Shown piece by piece: positions 10,609 to 20,722 of a DNA stretch of 64,000 nucleotides. The translations under genes were made by a program, and so were the position numbers. How positions within the stretch are numbered: position 1 is the first letter of the stretch; each line of letters begins with the position of its first letter. This DNA comes from a virus: positions 10,770 to 74,769 of the IMG/VR virus record IMGVR_UViG_3300010413_000016; one strand, 5' to 3'. Below the pieces are notes generated by a model. The model ran no database searches, was not told the DNA's origin, and saw only the letters and a program-made list of their open reading frames with translations.

Positions 10609-11055
10609 ATGTCATCAATAATCGAAAAAGAGATTCTCACCACAGTGCATCTTTCTGATGCTCAACGTATAGTATTGACCAAAATATTATCATCCCCAAC
10701 GCCCCAAGTTGCTTATGAATCAATTTCAGCTACCCGTAATTTGGTTGCAGCAAGGAATTTGATGGCAAAATTGGGATTGATATTGGTGACAGATAATACA
10801 GCAGCTATAACTCAGCCAGGCCGTGAAGTTGCAAAGGATGAAGCTCTAATCGATGATACGGGGAAATTAACGGATGAGGGTGAACGTTATGCCCAAGCAG
10901 ATCGCCTATCTGACTTGAAGCCTGAAACAGATAATGAACCTACATCAACTGATGGCAACTTAGCAGCTCCACCAATGGAATCTACTAAGTTGATACAGGG
11001 AATAAACGCTGAGTTGAAATACTTAAGAGAAGTGATTAAAAAAGTCACACCTTAA
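10609..11055 (+). CDS. hypothetical protein, probably late
   Basis: ATAAATA at 10597-10603 immediately upstream. Confidence 0.6.
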   Translation: MSSIIEKEILTTVHLSDAQRIVLTKILSSPTPQVAYESISATRNLVAARNLMAKLGLILVTDNTAAITQPGREVAKDEALIDDTGKLTDEGERYAQADRLSDLKPETDNEPTSTDGNLAAPPMESTKLIQGINAELKYLREVIKKVTP

Positions 11056-11497
11056 GTTTGTTGTATTTGATATCGACGCCAACAGGAACTGGTTTTCTCT
11101 TCCGACGTTTAACACTCTGAACACTGTCCATTTCAAATCTTGGTAAAGGTCCAATGATTCGAGTTATGAATTCTGTGCTAAACGTCTTATAAATTGCAGA
11201 CACGTCATTCGATAGTCCCAGACGAGAAAACTCAAACGATAAAGGATATACAGATCGTTTTTCATCGAACCAGTTTAATGCAACACGAATGACCAACTCT
11301 TCGTCTACTTGTGTCGGACCACATAAATCAAGTACGTATGCTCGAACAGTTTTATCATTAGCATTATCAATGATTGCTAATATTGGATTTTCTCTATACT
11401 GTATTAGCGTGATAAACGGATATCCCGAATAATCACTTGGATGTTCTTCTACAATTAGTGGAATCGGATTCCCACGAATTCTTTTCTTTTCTACCAT
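11045..11497 (-). CDS. hypothetical phage protein
   Basis: 150-aa ORF with GAGG SD; isolated on the minus strand. Confidence 0.7.
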   Translation of the reverse strand: MVEKKRIRGNPIPLIVEEHPSDYSGYPFITLIQYRENPILAIIDNANDKTVRAYVLDLCGPTQVDEELVIRVALNWFDEKRSVYPLSFEFSRLGLSNDVSAIYKTFSTEFITRIIGPLPRFEMDSVQSVKRRKRKPVPVGVDIKYNKLKV

Positions 11498-11598
11498 TAT
11501 TACCTCATTTGTGGACGCCTACAGAGAATATATATCAATATGAAATTGCAAGACCAAAGTTTAGGTAACCATAAATACCTTATCACAGAGGAAACCCT

Positions 11599-12378
11599 AT
11601 GACAAAATTACGGTTCAAACACTATATCAAGCAGTTAGATGATAAAATGTTATCAAAAACACGAAAGCGACTAAACGCAAAATCTCCAAAAAAGCGAATG
11701 TTTGGGGAAATTGAGGAAGGTCAAGGTGAACTCGACATATCCGAAGACACGCTCCAAGAGTTTTTGAGTGGGATCGTTCGTCATGGCGAAGAAGAACAAG
11801 AAACTACCACTACAGGAAACAAAATCGATCTCGCTCGACAGCTTTTCCAGACACTAATTAATAGACCTGACATGAACCGTCAGTCTATAATTCAGCACTT
11901 TGTTGATCGAGTTGGAGTGACACACTCAACTGCCGTGTCTTATTATGAAAGATTGGCAAAAGAAGCAGGTCTAACAAGAACGGACGACAAGGAAGATTTG
12001 GGACAGAGTATTGATATGACTGCTGGCACAAAAACTCCTCCTTCAACAGCACCCATTAAAGAATTGCCAGCTGATACCCACGCCGAACTGACTGATGAGA
12101 TTGGTGAGCCAAGTAACGAAGAACGCACTGGTGTAATTCGTACAGTTAAGGATGCTCATCTGATATACAAAAAAAGATCAGAGGATGGCACATTTGAAGA
12201 GTTGTGGATATACAACGTAAGTGATAATATGCGAGACGAGTTAAAGATCCGCCGCGACATTCTAGCTGGCACAGACATACCTAAGCACAAAACGAAGTCT
12301 CCAGATGGTTCTCAATCGTATAGCATCAGTACTGTTGGTAATGCTCAATACGTTCACATTAAGGGTCTTCCAAACTAG
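11599..12378 (+). CDS. late protein containing the paralogous helical domain of the early region
   Basis: KIDLARQLF...RQSIIQHFVDRVGVTHSTAVSYY matches the RKxxIxRFxxExxMTxAGASTY family; ATAAATA at 11571. Confidence 0.7.
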   Translation: MTKLRFKHYIKQLDDKMLSKTRKRLNAKSPKKRMFGEIEEGQGELDISEDTLQEFLSGIVRHGEEEQETTTTGNKIDLARQLFQTLINRPDMNRQSIIQHFVDRVGVTHSTAVSYYERLAKEAGLTRTDDKEDLGQSIDMTAGTKTPPSTAPIKELPADTHAELTDEIGEPSNEERTGVIRTVKDAHLIYKKRSEDGTFEELWIYNVSDNMRDELKIRRDILAGTDIPKHKTKSPDGSQSYSISTVGNAQYVHIKGLPN

Positions 12379-12428
12379 TTGACTTGACACACAAATTCCA
12401 GTATTATGACCACATAACGAGGTCAAAT

Positions 12429-12710
12429 ATGGAAAATAAAAATAAGAAAGATGTTAAGGGGCCGATATCAGTAACAGATGACATTACCCCAATAACACAC
12501 CAACCAGTAAATCAAATCACCGCCAATGAATGGAGCGCACTTTCTCTCACAGAACTGTGGGAACAGCGCGTTACGCTTGATAATAGGCTTAACTACGCTC
12601 TCCAACTTGGCCACTCCGAATTAATTAAGCAACTACAACGAGGGCTATCACAGCTTGATGAAATCATCAAACAGCGCTCATCAACTTCTGACGACTCAGG
12701 ATTAATATGA
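12429..12710 (+). CDS. hypothetical protein
   Basis: GAGG SD then ATG 12429; TTGACT-17-TATTAT promoter at 12379-12407. Confidence 0.6.
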   Translation: MENKNKKDVKGPISVTDDITPITHQPVNQITANEWSALSLTELWEQRVTLDNRLNYALQLGHSELIKQLQRGLSQLDEIIKQRSSTSDDSGLI

Positions 12711-12904
12711 GCACTGTATCTGACGCTATACGAGCCGAACTCATTGAAAAAATTGAACTGTCACGACAGTATAACACCAAGATTCAAGAAGCAAAGACTT
12801 CAACAAAGAAAAAATACTATTTGCAAAAACTCAAAGCGAATAATAACTTGGTCAGCGAAATGTTATTAACATTAGATAAAATTGGTAAGGGGAAGAAAGA
12901 ATGA
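12707..12904 (+). CDS. hypothetical protein
   Basis: Overlaps both neighbours, consistent with translational coupling. Confidence 0.6.
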   Translation: MSTVSDAIRAELIEKIELSRQYNTKIQEAKTSTKKKYYLQKLKANNNLVSEMLLTLDKIGKGKKE

Positions 12905-13311
12905 CTGCCTCCTTTTTAACTAAAAGTGGTGAGCTCAAAAAGAGAGCTGTGGGTAACGATACCATATCAGATATGATCATTCTTGGAGCAAGCGAAGACG
13001 AAGAAGAATGGTCGCCGATTGAAGTAGTAACATTAAAACAACACGCAAGAGACCAAGCAACCACGATTGCTTGGAATGATCTATCAGTAACACCAACCAC
13101 TGCTGATGCAAGAATAGACACAATTGCTAGGGCACAATTTCATACTCTTCAAGAATTTGTACAGGTACTCGACGACAAAATTCTTATTGGAGTAAATTGT
13201 GATACCGTAGACGACAACGCAATTGATAAGGCGATGTTGATGTTAATTGACGTTCCTGACTTTACAGCTGGAACATATTTGACTTTTGGTGATAAAATAC
13301 AAGTACTATGA
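12901..13311 (+). CDS. hypothetical protein
   Basis: Coupled ORF within the operon. Confidence 0.6.
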   Translation: MTASFLTKSGELKKRAVGNDTISDMIILGASEDEEEWSPIEVVTLKQHARDQATTIAWNDLSVTPTTADARIDTIARAQFHTLQEFVQVLDDKILIGVNCDTVDDNAIDKAMLMLIDVPDFTAGTYLTFGDKIQVL

Positions 13312-14018
13312 ATATATTGCAACCTATTAAAGAAAACTTCTCAGATGAAATTGCGCTACTAACTACAATTCAAACAAAATTTCCATCTGCTATTATTGCA
13401 GGAGGTGCGGTCCGTGATTTATTATTGAACCGACCTCGAAAAGATATTGATATTTTTGTCCACGAGAGTGATGCTGAACAAAGTTTACTTAGCGCATCAC
13501 TCTTACAAGATATGTTAAAAGATCACTTGCCAGATCAACTGCCGACTAGTGACTTAAATCCATTCATGCCAAAGTCTCAAAGCATGAATATGGCTACACA
13601 ACGGAGAGCACCAATTTTTCGCAAATGCACTTCATTCACGGATGATGATATTGCCGCAAATAGCGTAATAGTGGATGTATTTGGTGGTACAACTTCAAGA
13701 AATGTGGACTTTGACATTATTGTAACCAGTTGTTCTCCAAAAACTTACGTGCAAGAGTATTTTGATATTGGTCTTTGTAAGGTATTTTTTGATGGCAAAT
13801 CGTGGACTTGTCATAGCGATTTCGTGGATGATTACAGAAACAATACGATAACGGTATGTGGAGCTCATATGGGTGCTCAGGAAATTACACGTAGTGTGAC
13901 AGGTCATGCAAAACGCGTACAGGCAAAGTATCCAAACCTTACAATTGCTCTCTCTCCACGCAACCAGAAAATTCTTGACAATGCTAAACCACCTACAGGT
14001 CTGATTAACCCATGCTAG
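13308..14018 (+). CDS. nucleotidyltransferase (CCA-adding / poly(A) polymerase head-like)
   Basis: IIAGGAVRD...KDIDIF signature. Confidence 0.8.
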   Translation: MNILQPIKENFSDEIALLTTIQTKFPSAIIAGGAVRDLLLNRPRKDIDIFVHESDAEQSLLSASLLQDMLKDHLPDQLPTSDLNPFMPKSQSMNMATQRRAPIFRKCTSFTDDDIAANSVIVDVFGGTTSRNVDFDIIVTSCSPKTYVQEYFDIGLCKVFFDGKSWTCHSDFVDDYRNNTITVCGAHMGAQEITRSVTGHAKRVQAKYPNLTIALSPRNQKILDNAKPPTGLINPC

Positions 14019-14587
14019 TAGCAATATCAGGAAGTCAAGGAAGTGGAAAATCAACCATCCTTACGTGTATAAGTGAGATGGGATATAATACTGTAACAAG
14101 AAAAACTTCAAGATCAATTTTGGCAGATTGGGGAGTTTCGTTGCAGGAAGTGAATAACAATTCTGAATTAACGTTGCGGTTTCAAGAAGAAATAACAAAA
14201 CGCAAATATAAAGATGAAGCGCAGTACGCTAAGTCCAATGAGTTGTGGTTCACAGAACGCACTCACGCAGACTTGATGACTTACGCACTTGTTTCGTTAG
14301 GAAAGGATAACGTTCATAGTGATTGGCTTAACGAGTATTATGTTACGTGTATGAAGCACAACCAAGCGTATGACTTAGCATTTTACCTACGAGCCGGACA
14401 CTTTACTCCAGTACATGATGGTGTGCGTGGGTCAAATCATCACTATAGTCGAATGGTAGACCTAACAATGCTTGACATGACACAACAAATGGTGCATAAT
14501 AGTAAATTAACTGTCGTTGAAACGCCAGATCTGGAACAAAGAGTAAACATTATTACTCTTCAAGCAGAATCATTATTAAACAAATAA
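14012..14587 (+). CDS. P-loop (d)NMP kinase-like ATPase
   Basis: Walker A ISGSQGSGKST; FTERTHAD motif. Confidence 0.7.
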   Translation: MLVAISGSQGSGKSTILTCISEMGYNTVTRKTSRSILADWGVSLQEVNNNSELTLRFQEEITKRKYKDEAQYAKSNELWFTERTHADLMTYALVSLGKDNVHSDWLNEYYVTCMKHNQAYDLAFYLRAGHFTPVHDGVRGSNHHYSRMVDLTMLDMTQQMVHNSKLTVVETPDLEQRVNIITLQAESLLNK

Positions 14588-14601
14588 CAAGAGGAAAAAA
14601 A

Positions 14602-15693
14602 ATGTCGGGACACTGCAACTGTGACAATTGCGAAAGTACTGCCGTAACTGAAACGGGGACTGAGCACCAAGCACCAACTGGTGAATACAACTATACCGAT
14701 TACTCTGAAAAAATGACTGATCTCGTTTTTTCCTATGACAAAGATTTCTATCCATTGGATAGCGATCTTCCAGATCCACAAGTAGATCCTATTATTCCAG
14801 GAGCAAAGGTACCCCTACAGAAGGTAGGTATTGCTCCAGTAGATCTACCCATTCGTGTAAAGCGTCGAGATGGGGACGATCAAATTCTCCAAGCTCAAGC
14901 GTCTTTGTATTGTTCTCTTGATGATGAGAATGCTAAAGGATTAAACCTTAGTCGTCTTTACATTCTTATGCACAATACAATTAAGGACCACCTCACTGTA
15001 GATGGAATTAAATCAGCTCTACAGGAGATGGCTACAAAACAAGGTAGCAATAGCGCATTCTGCAAGCTGAGATTTAAGTATCCTTGGGTGCAAAAAGCGT
15101 TACGCACGCGTATGCCCTTAACACAAGAAGATACCGACTCTGGAGCATTCATAACTCTTGATGATGGTAATAAGATCAGCCTTAGGAAGATGGAAGGTCA
15201 TATTGCTTATAATGTAACTCTTGAGGGACGATATCAACGCGACTCCGTTAAACCGTATACCTTCTATCTGACAGTTGAGTACGTATACAGTTCGACCTGT
15301 CCATGTAGTTTTGAGTTGGCACACAATGCCAAAGAAAAACGTGATGCAGCAGCCAACGCTCATAGCCAGCGTAGTATTATGAAAACTACTGTCGAATTTG
15401 ATCCTAACAACGTTGTGTGGATCGAAGATCTGGTAGAACTGCACCGCGAAAAGATTCCAACGGAAGTTCAGGTCATTGTAAAGCGACGTGATGAACAAGC
15501 ATTCGCTGAGTTGAATGGTTCCAATCTGCTATTCTCTGAGGATGCTGTGAGACTGATGTTTGGTGCTTTGAATGAGTGGTACGATGATGGAAAGATCTAT
15601 GACTTCTGTGTTGTCACTAGCCACGAAGAAAGTCTACATCCTTGGAACGCAATTGCAATGGCTTGGAAACATAGCGACATTACGCCCAAGTAA
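14602..15693 (+). CDS. folE2: GTP cyclohydrolase I type 2
   Basis: KVGI, KGLNLSRL, STCPCS, AHSQRS and EESLH motifs of FolE2. Confidence 0.9.
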   Translation: MSGHCNCDNCESTAVTETGTEHQAPTGEYNYTDYSEKMTDLVFSYDKDFYPLDSDLPDPQVDPIIPGAKVPLQKVGIAPVDLPIRVKRRDGDDQILQAQASLYCSLDDENAKGLNLSRLYILMHNTIKDHLTVDGIKSALQEMATKQGSNSAFCKLRFKYPWVQKALRTRMPLTQEDTDSGAFITLDDGNKISLRKMEGHIAYNVTLEGRYQRDSVKPYTFYLTVEYVYSSTCPCSFELAHNAKEKRDAAANAHSQRSIMKTTVEFDPNNVVWIEDLVELHREKIPTEVQVIVKRRDEQAFAELNGSNLLFSEDAVRLMFGALNEWYDDGKIYDFCVVTSHEESLHPWNAIAMAWKHSDITPK

Positions 15694-15731
15694 TACTTGG
15701 GCTCATATAACACAACAAAAAGGAAAGAAAA

Positions 15732-15926
15732 ATGGCTACAATAGAACAAAGAGTGCTGACAATCGGTCCCAATAATGGGGTGCGAGTTTATAAATCAATT
15801 CGTGCAACCAGTAGAGCCCTGAGTGGGACTGGGTCCGATGATATGCGATCTACCATTTCTCGTCGGTTGAGTGAAGGTGGTGGTTATATTGGTGATGTGT
15901 TCATTACATCTGCAACCAAATATTAA
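15732..15926 (+). CDS. small NUMOD1-like DNA-binding protein
   Basis: VYKSIRATSRAL...ISRRL...GGY resembles NUMOD1; has an SD and a downstream terminator. Confidence 0.45.
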   Translation: MATIEQRVLTIGPNNGVRVYKSIRATSRALSGTGSDDMRSTISRRLSEGGGYIGDVFITSATKY

Positions 15927-15936
15927 CACAAGACAA

Positions 15937-15957
15937 AGGCCCTTCGGGGCCTTTTTT
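15937..15957 (+). terminator. intrinsic terminator
   Basis: AGGCCC-TTCG-GGGCCT followed by a T run. Confidence 0.85.
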
Positions 15958-15976
15958 CATCGTCATATATACCTAT

Positions 15977-16243
15977 ATGATGAATACCAAAAAAGAAATA
16001 TACTTTAGCATCGCTGAAAAAGAGATCATTAATTGGATGGTGAATCAAGCTGGAACCACTCAAATTGAAGCTGTTGAGCATGTCATCTCACAAAAACGAG
16101 AACTTGCGTATATTCATGGCCAAAGAGGCAATTTAGCACTTCAACGGCAACTCCTCAAAGAAATTAATGAGTGGGACGACCAGGCTGAACAAGACTATCA
16201 AAATATCGCTCAAAAAGAACAAAAAATATACGTCCCAGGTTGA
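15977..16243 (+). CDS. hypothetical protein
   Basis: 88-aa ORF filling the gap. Confidence 0.55.
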   Translation: MMNTKKEIYFSIAEKEIINWMVNQAGTTQIEAVEHVISQKRELAYIHGQRGNLALQRQLLKEINEWDDQAEQDYQNIAQKEQKIYVPG

Positions 16244-16268
16244 CTTTATTCGTGGGTTCGGGTATAGT
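16240..16268 (+). promoter_or_regulatory. sigma70 promoter
   Basis: TTGACT-17-TATAGT; inverted repeat AGTTAGTAA/TTACTAACT just downstream. Confidence 0.7.
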
Positions 16269-16310
16269 TAGTAAATACCTTAGCAAATTACTAACTTATT
16301 AGGAGGCAGT

Positions 16311-16700
16311 ATGTTTCACCCCATTGAAATCCCATTCGAATCAAAAATGTTGTTCAACGTCGTCAAGCTCAAAGAAGGCGTATCTATGGATGATGTAGAA
16401 CTTGTCCTTGGCGAGATGTGTAACACAGTAAAGAACACATATGGCAATGACGCAGGTGGCTTTATCGCAGGTCAGGTTTTCAAATATGCTGGTTTTATTT
16501 CCGACGAAGGATCTGTCAATCAACCCAGCGATGAAACCGAAAACCATATCGCGATCGTCACTTACTGGAAGTCCTTCGAACAGCATGAAGTATCTCATGC
16601 AGATGCTGTGTTCCTGGACAAGTTTTCGGCGCTGGCGGAACTGTGCGAAAATACGTACGAAATTGGGTATGACTTGTTGTGGCAAGGCGTCCCTGAATAA
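16311..16700 (+). CDS. host-derived dimeric alpha/beta-barrel (ABM-like) protein
   Basis: AGGAGG SD; GGFIAGQVF...IVTYWKSFEQHExSH pattern; codons more GC-rich than flanking genes. Confidence 0.6.
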   Translation: MFHPIEIPFESKMLFNVVKLKEGVSMDDVELVLGEMCNTVKNTYGNDAGGFIAGQVFKYAGFISDEGSVNQPSDETENHIAIVTYWKSFEQHEVSHADAVFLDKFSALAELCENTYEIGYDLLWQGVPE

Positions 16701-16996
16701 ATTACACTTTGGAGGCCCTGTGCCTCCAACCATTTTAATGTGAGGCAATTAGTGAAAACGTTAATTGGAACGGTTACAATCATAACAGTTGAAGATGAAA
16801 ACTATATAGAAGATGTGTACAGAGATCTAACAGAACTAAGACGTGAATTTATTCATCCTCATGGGGTACTATCTGAAATTAGTAAGCAAAAACAAAAAGA
16901 TCTTGTTGATGAAGGTTACCATATCCAATCAGTTTGCATTGACCCAACGGAATTAATTTGGTAAAATATTCTTCGAATAATCATTCGGAGAACAAG

Positions 16997-17344
16997 ATGT
17001 GTGAAGTCATAGAAACTGGATTCAAAATCAGACGTCGCAGTGACGGTCTCTTTTCAACTGGTGGCATGTATCCGAAGTTTAACACGAAAGGGAAACTTTG
17101 GCGACAGCGAAATTTTCTGACAAATCACCTCCATGTAGTATCATCCTTGAGCGTATACGACGATTGTGATGTTGTAATCGTTGAAGTGAGAGTACAAGAT
17201 ACTTCTCAGACTGTTGAAGAGTTCTGTGCGTCTGCCAGGCAGACCAAAAAAGATAAAGAACTCTCCGCAAAAAAGGCCATGGAGGACAAACGAAAAGAGG
17301 AACGGCGAGTCTTATACAAGACACTTCAAAAAGAATTTGGTTAA
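16997..17344 (+). CDS. hypothetical phage protein
   Basis: GGAG SD; GLFSTGG...GKLW motif common in phage ORFs. Confidence 0.6.
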   Translation: MCEVIETGFKIRRRSDGLFSTGGMYPKFNTKGKLWRQRNFLTNHLHVVSSLSVYDDCDVVIVEVRVQDTSQTVEEFCASARQTKKDKELSAKKAMEDKRKEERRVLYKTLQKEFG

Positions 17345-17423
17345 TTTGTAGTTGACCATTGACATCCAACTCCTATTGTTGTAGTATATGAATATAACTA
17401 TAACAATAGGAGTTTTTCTTTTT

Positions 17424-17798
17424 ATGGTAAAAGAAGTATTCTGCACACTTCAAATAGAAGGTACACACAACTGGCCTTCCTGCCCCTTTGACGAAGTAGC
17501 TTATCTTCGTGATCCACACAGACACGTATTTCATATTAAAGCTCATAAACCCGTATTTCATGACGATCGTGACGTTGAGTTTATTATGCTCAAACACAAG
17601 ATTCAAAAATTTTTGATTGGAAAATATTGGTCAGGCTACACACCTCGAGAAGAATTTTCAGGAACAGCTGTTTGTGAATTTGGTTCCATGTCTTGTGAGA
17701 TGATAGCACAAGAACTTATCGAAGTATTTGACCTTTCTCGTTGTGAAGTATCCGAAGATAATGAGAATGGCGCCATCGTAACGAACGTTACCGACTAG
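17424..17798 (+). CDS. QueD-paralog T-fold protein, DpdL-like (putative CDG decarboxylase)
   Basis: EGTHNWP, LxxxHRHxF (LRDPHRHVF), SCEMIA and VSEDNENG motifs; start reassigned to ATG 17424. Confidence 0.7.
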   Translation: MVKEVFCTLQIEGTHNWPSCPFDEVAYLRDPHRHVFHIKAHKPVFHDDRDVEFIMLKHKIQKFLIGKYWSGYTPREEFSGTAVCEFGSMSCEMIAQELIEVFDLSRCEVSEDNENGAIVTNVTD

Positions 17799-17807
17799 GA
17801 AAAATAT

Positions 17808-18245
17808 ATGGCCAACGAATTGCTGCTCACAGGGAAACTGCTCGAGTGTAACGTGGTTCTTCCGACAGGAAGAATGTACTCCAAAAAAGAGATGGTAGAC
17901 GTAATCCACCAATTCAAAGTCGAAATTAGCAACGCGCCTAAATTTGGTACAATTTCCAACGATGCTAGCGCTGTGGTGGGCGTGCAAAACATATCTCATC
18001 GTATAGTTGATGTGTACATGGAAGGGAATAGTGTATACTGCACAATATCTGTCCTGGATACTCCCAAAGGCAATTTCGTGTCTTCTTTATTTGATGCCAA
18101 CGTGCCAATGAAGTTGTTGCCAATGGTGTTCGGCAAAATAGAAGAGAAATCAGGAATACAAAAAGTCACACCAATGTCAATTGCAAGCATCAACGTATCG
18201 CAAACTGATGATGACAGTAACGAATTAATCAAATTAGAGAACTAG
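17808..18245 (+). CDS. degenerate T4 gp21 prohead-protease-like protein
   Basis: GRMYS, ISHRI and VLDTPKG match the gp21 fold; catalytic His/Ser motifs not visible. Confidence 0.5.
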   Translation: MANELLLTGKLLECNVVLPTGRMYSKKEMVDVIHQFKVEISNAPKFGTISNDASAVVGVQNISHRIVDVYMEGNSVYCTISVLDTPKGNFVSSLFDANVPMKLLPMVFGKIEEKSGIQKVTPMSIASINVSQTDDDSNELIKLEN

Positions 18246-18246
18246 T

Positions 18247-19119
18247 ATGACGTCTTACAAACCAACAATCCCAATGAATGAACCACAGTTTTGTTTTATT
18301 GCACCAATCGAATATCTAGATTTCGTACCACAAGAATCTCGTGCGCACCTTGTGTTGGCACATCTTGTTGATTCCAGTGAAACCTACGCCAGCTTTTATA
18401 AGAAGCGTTCGGAGGATGGTGATTACATCATGATGGACAACTCAGCGTATGAGTTAAAAGAACCATACAGTCCTGACAAACTACTGGAGTTGGCTAATAA
18501 GTGTGGAGCAGTTGCCATTGTTCTTCCTGACTATCCATTCCAACCATGTGAAGTGACTATTGAGGCAGCCGAGAAATTCATTCCACAGTTCAAGGAAGAA
18601 GGTTACGATACGTTCTTTGTTCCCCAGTCAGAGAAAGGCAATTTGGATGATTGGCTAGAAGGATACAAGTACGCATCACAACATCCAGACATTGACATCA
18701 TCGGCATGTCGATTCTTGGAATCCCAAATGCGATTCCCCATATTGATCCAGCTTTTAGTCGTGTAGTAATGACTCAAATGCTCAAAGATCGCAACATGCT
18801 ATCAAACATTAAACGTCATCATTACTTGGGACTGAATTCAGGACCAAAACTTGAGATCCCTTCACTGTTACGCATGGGAGTATTGGACACGATTGACTCG
18901 TCAGGACCAGTTTGGGCAGGAATTGTAGGTCACCAATATACCAACGAAGCAGACAGTCTTCAGATGGTATCAAAGATTAAGTTGCCGGTGAACTTTGAAT
19001 TGCCAGGCAGCAAAGATGAGATGACACACGAACGTATTAAACACAACATCAAGATGACTCAAGAATTGTTTGATCCTGAATTTTGGAACAGGGGTTCGGT
19101 TTGGTACGCGGAAGAGTGA
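18247..19119 (+). CDS. TGT/DpdA-like TIM-barrel transglycosylase
   Basis: IMMDNSAYE, VLPD, FFVPQ, HHYLG and DTIDSS correspond to TGT-fold motifs; adjacent to the DpdL-like gene. Confidence 0.7.
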   Translation: MTSYKPTIPMNEPQFCFIAPIEYLDFVPQESRAHLVLAHLVDSSETYASFYKKRSEDGDYIMMDNSAYELKEPYSPDKLLELANKCGAVAIVLPDYPFQPCEVTIEAAEKFIPQFKEEGYDTFFVPQSEKGNLDDWLEGYKYASQHPDIDIIGMSILGIPNAIPHIDPAFSRVVMTQMLKDRNMLSNIKRHHYLGLNSGPKLEIPSLLRMGVLDTIDSSGPVWAGIVGHQYTNEADSLQMVSKIKLPVNFELPGSKDEMTHERIKHNIKMTQELFDPEFWNRGSVWYAEE

Positions 19120-19418
19120 CTCTAGACTACATGGATCTGGAAAATTTTCCAGATGAACTCAGAGGAGTATTGGTGGGGCCTAATATTCCACCAACGCCTC
19201 GTGAGTGTGCCGCTTTAACACCACATTGGAAAGATTGTATCAAGTTGGACGATAGAAAAATTTTCGTGTGGCTGGAAGGAATGTATACATCACAACTAGA
19301 CAACGCTTGGTATCAGTGCGACGACAAAGAAGAAAAAGAAGAACTTCGGTTACAGATACTAGAAAAAAGACAAGAGTGGTTACAGTTCTGGCTGAAAAAC
19401 ATTTACCACGAACAATAA
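19116..19418 (+). CDS. hypothetical protein
   Basis: GTG start overlapping the upstream stop. Confidence 0.5.
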   Translation: MTLDYMDLENFPDELRGVLVGPNIPPTPRECAALTPHWKDCIKLDDRKIFVWLEGMYTSQLDNAWYQCDDKEEKEELRLQILEKRQEWLQFWLKNIYHEQ

Positions 19419-19433
19419 TAACAAAGGAAAAAA

Positions 19434-19982
19434 ATGTTTATAAATCCAAAGATAGCAATTGAGAATGGATGGATTATTCCACCTTCTGACAATTTTGATT
19501 GGGAAAAATATGTTCAACCAAATGCAATAGACTTTACGATCGATAGCTTGTTTACAATCAACGACAAAGTATCATTCATTATTAGCGAATCAGGTAAACA
19601 AATGCGCAAAGGTGAACCCGTTGTGGCAAATCAGTTTGAAGATGGTTTATCATATTGGATGTTAGAATCCAATTCTGTTTATGACTTTATGTCAAACTTT
19701 TATGTTAACTTGCCTGATGGTGTTGCTTGTGAAATGATTGTTCGTAGCACATTTAATCGCAACGGAATCTTCCTCACAAGTGGATTATACGATAGTGGAT
19801 TCAAAGGTAATATAGCTGGAGCACTGCATAACCGTAGTGGTGTTGCATATATCTCTCCAGGCACACGTGTTGGCCAAATTAAATTCATTGCATCTGATAG
19901 CGAAGGCTCATATGCAGGCCAATACAACACAGAAAATGGCCAGCACTGGTCAGATGCAATTAAAAATAAGGAAGATAAATGA
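19434..19982 (+). CDS. dCTP deaminase / trimeric dUTPase family
   Basis: QPNAIDF, RSTFNRNG, YDSGFKG and RVGQ motifs. Confidence 0.8.
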   Translation: MFINPKIAIENGWIIPPSDNFDWEKYVQPNAIDFTIDSLFTINDKVSFIISESGKQMRKGEPVVANQFEDGLSYWMLESNSVYDFMSNFYVNLPDGVACEMIVRSTFNRNGIFLTSGLYDSGFKGNIAGALHNRSGVAYISPGTRVGQIKFIASDSEGSYAGQYNTENGQHWSDAIKNKEDK

Positions 19983-20623
19983 TTTTTGAAACTATGGCGG
20001 CAGCATTCGTAATCACGAGTGGGTGGTTTTGGGTTGGTACGGTACTAACGTTTTTGATTATTTTAGCATTGTCAGAAAATGATCACAATTGGCTAGCTGG
20101 TATCTTTGCAGGTGGTTTTGTGTATGTAGTAACCACAACAAATCCAACGTTGTTTGATTGGAGTTGGTCATCGATTATTTTTGTGTCACTACTGTATGTT
20201 GTTATTGGCTGTTTATGGTCACTAGCCAAATGGTTCTTCTATGTACGTAGCTATGCAGAAGCTTTTAAGGAATATAAACTACGGTGGATTCGTAAGTATA
20301 ACAAACAGCATCCCAATTCACCTATTGCCGAAGATGCAAGTGTACGGCTTTCACAAGTTTGTGATGACAATTTATCAAACTTCCATAGCTTTATGAGAGC
20401 ACATGCGCATCAAGGTAAACTAATGACATCCAATCTGCCAAGGTGGACAAACGAAAAGGATAGAATCGTTCCGTGGATAATGTTTTGGCCAACCTCTTTT
20501 GTGTGGACAATGTTAAATGAGCCTACTGTTCGAATGGCCAAAGCAGCATACCAATCAATGGGCAAACTTTTTGATTCTATTACCAAATCTGTTAACTTGA
20601 GCGTTGGCGTTTCCGATGAATAA
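19979..20623 (+). CDS. membrane protein
   Basis: Three N-terminal hydrophobic segments; WIMFWP motif. Confidence 0.65.
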   Translation: MIFETMAAAFVITSGWFWVGTVLTFLIILALSENDHNWLAGIFAGGFVYVVTTTNPTLFDWSWSSIIFVSLLYVVIGCLWSLAKWFFYVRSYAEAFKEYKLRWIRKYNKQHPNSPIAEDASVRLSQVCDDNLSNFHSFMRAHAHQGKLMTSNLPRWTNEKDRIVPWIMFWPTSFVWTMLNEPTVRMAKAAYQSMGKLFDSITKSVNLSVGVSDE

Positions 20624-20722
20624 TATTTTTGATCGAATCAATTATGGATTTCGTCCAGGTGAGGTGGTAGTCTTTATGGCTACCACCAAACCAAAAAACA
20701 AAAATTAAAAAAGAAGGCGCGT

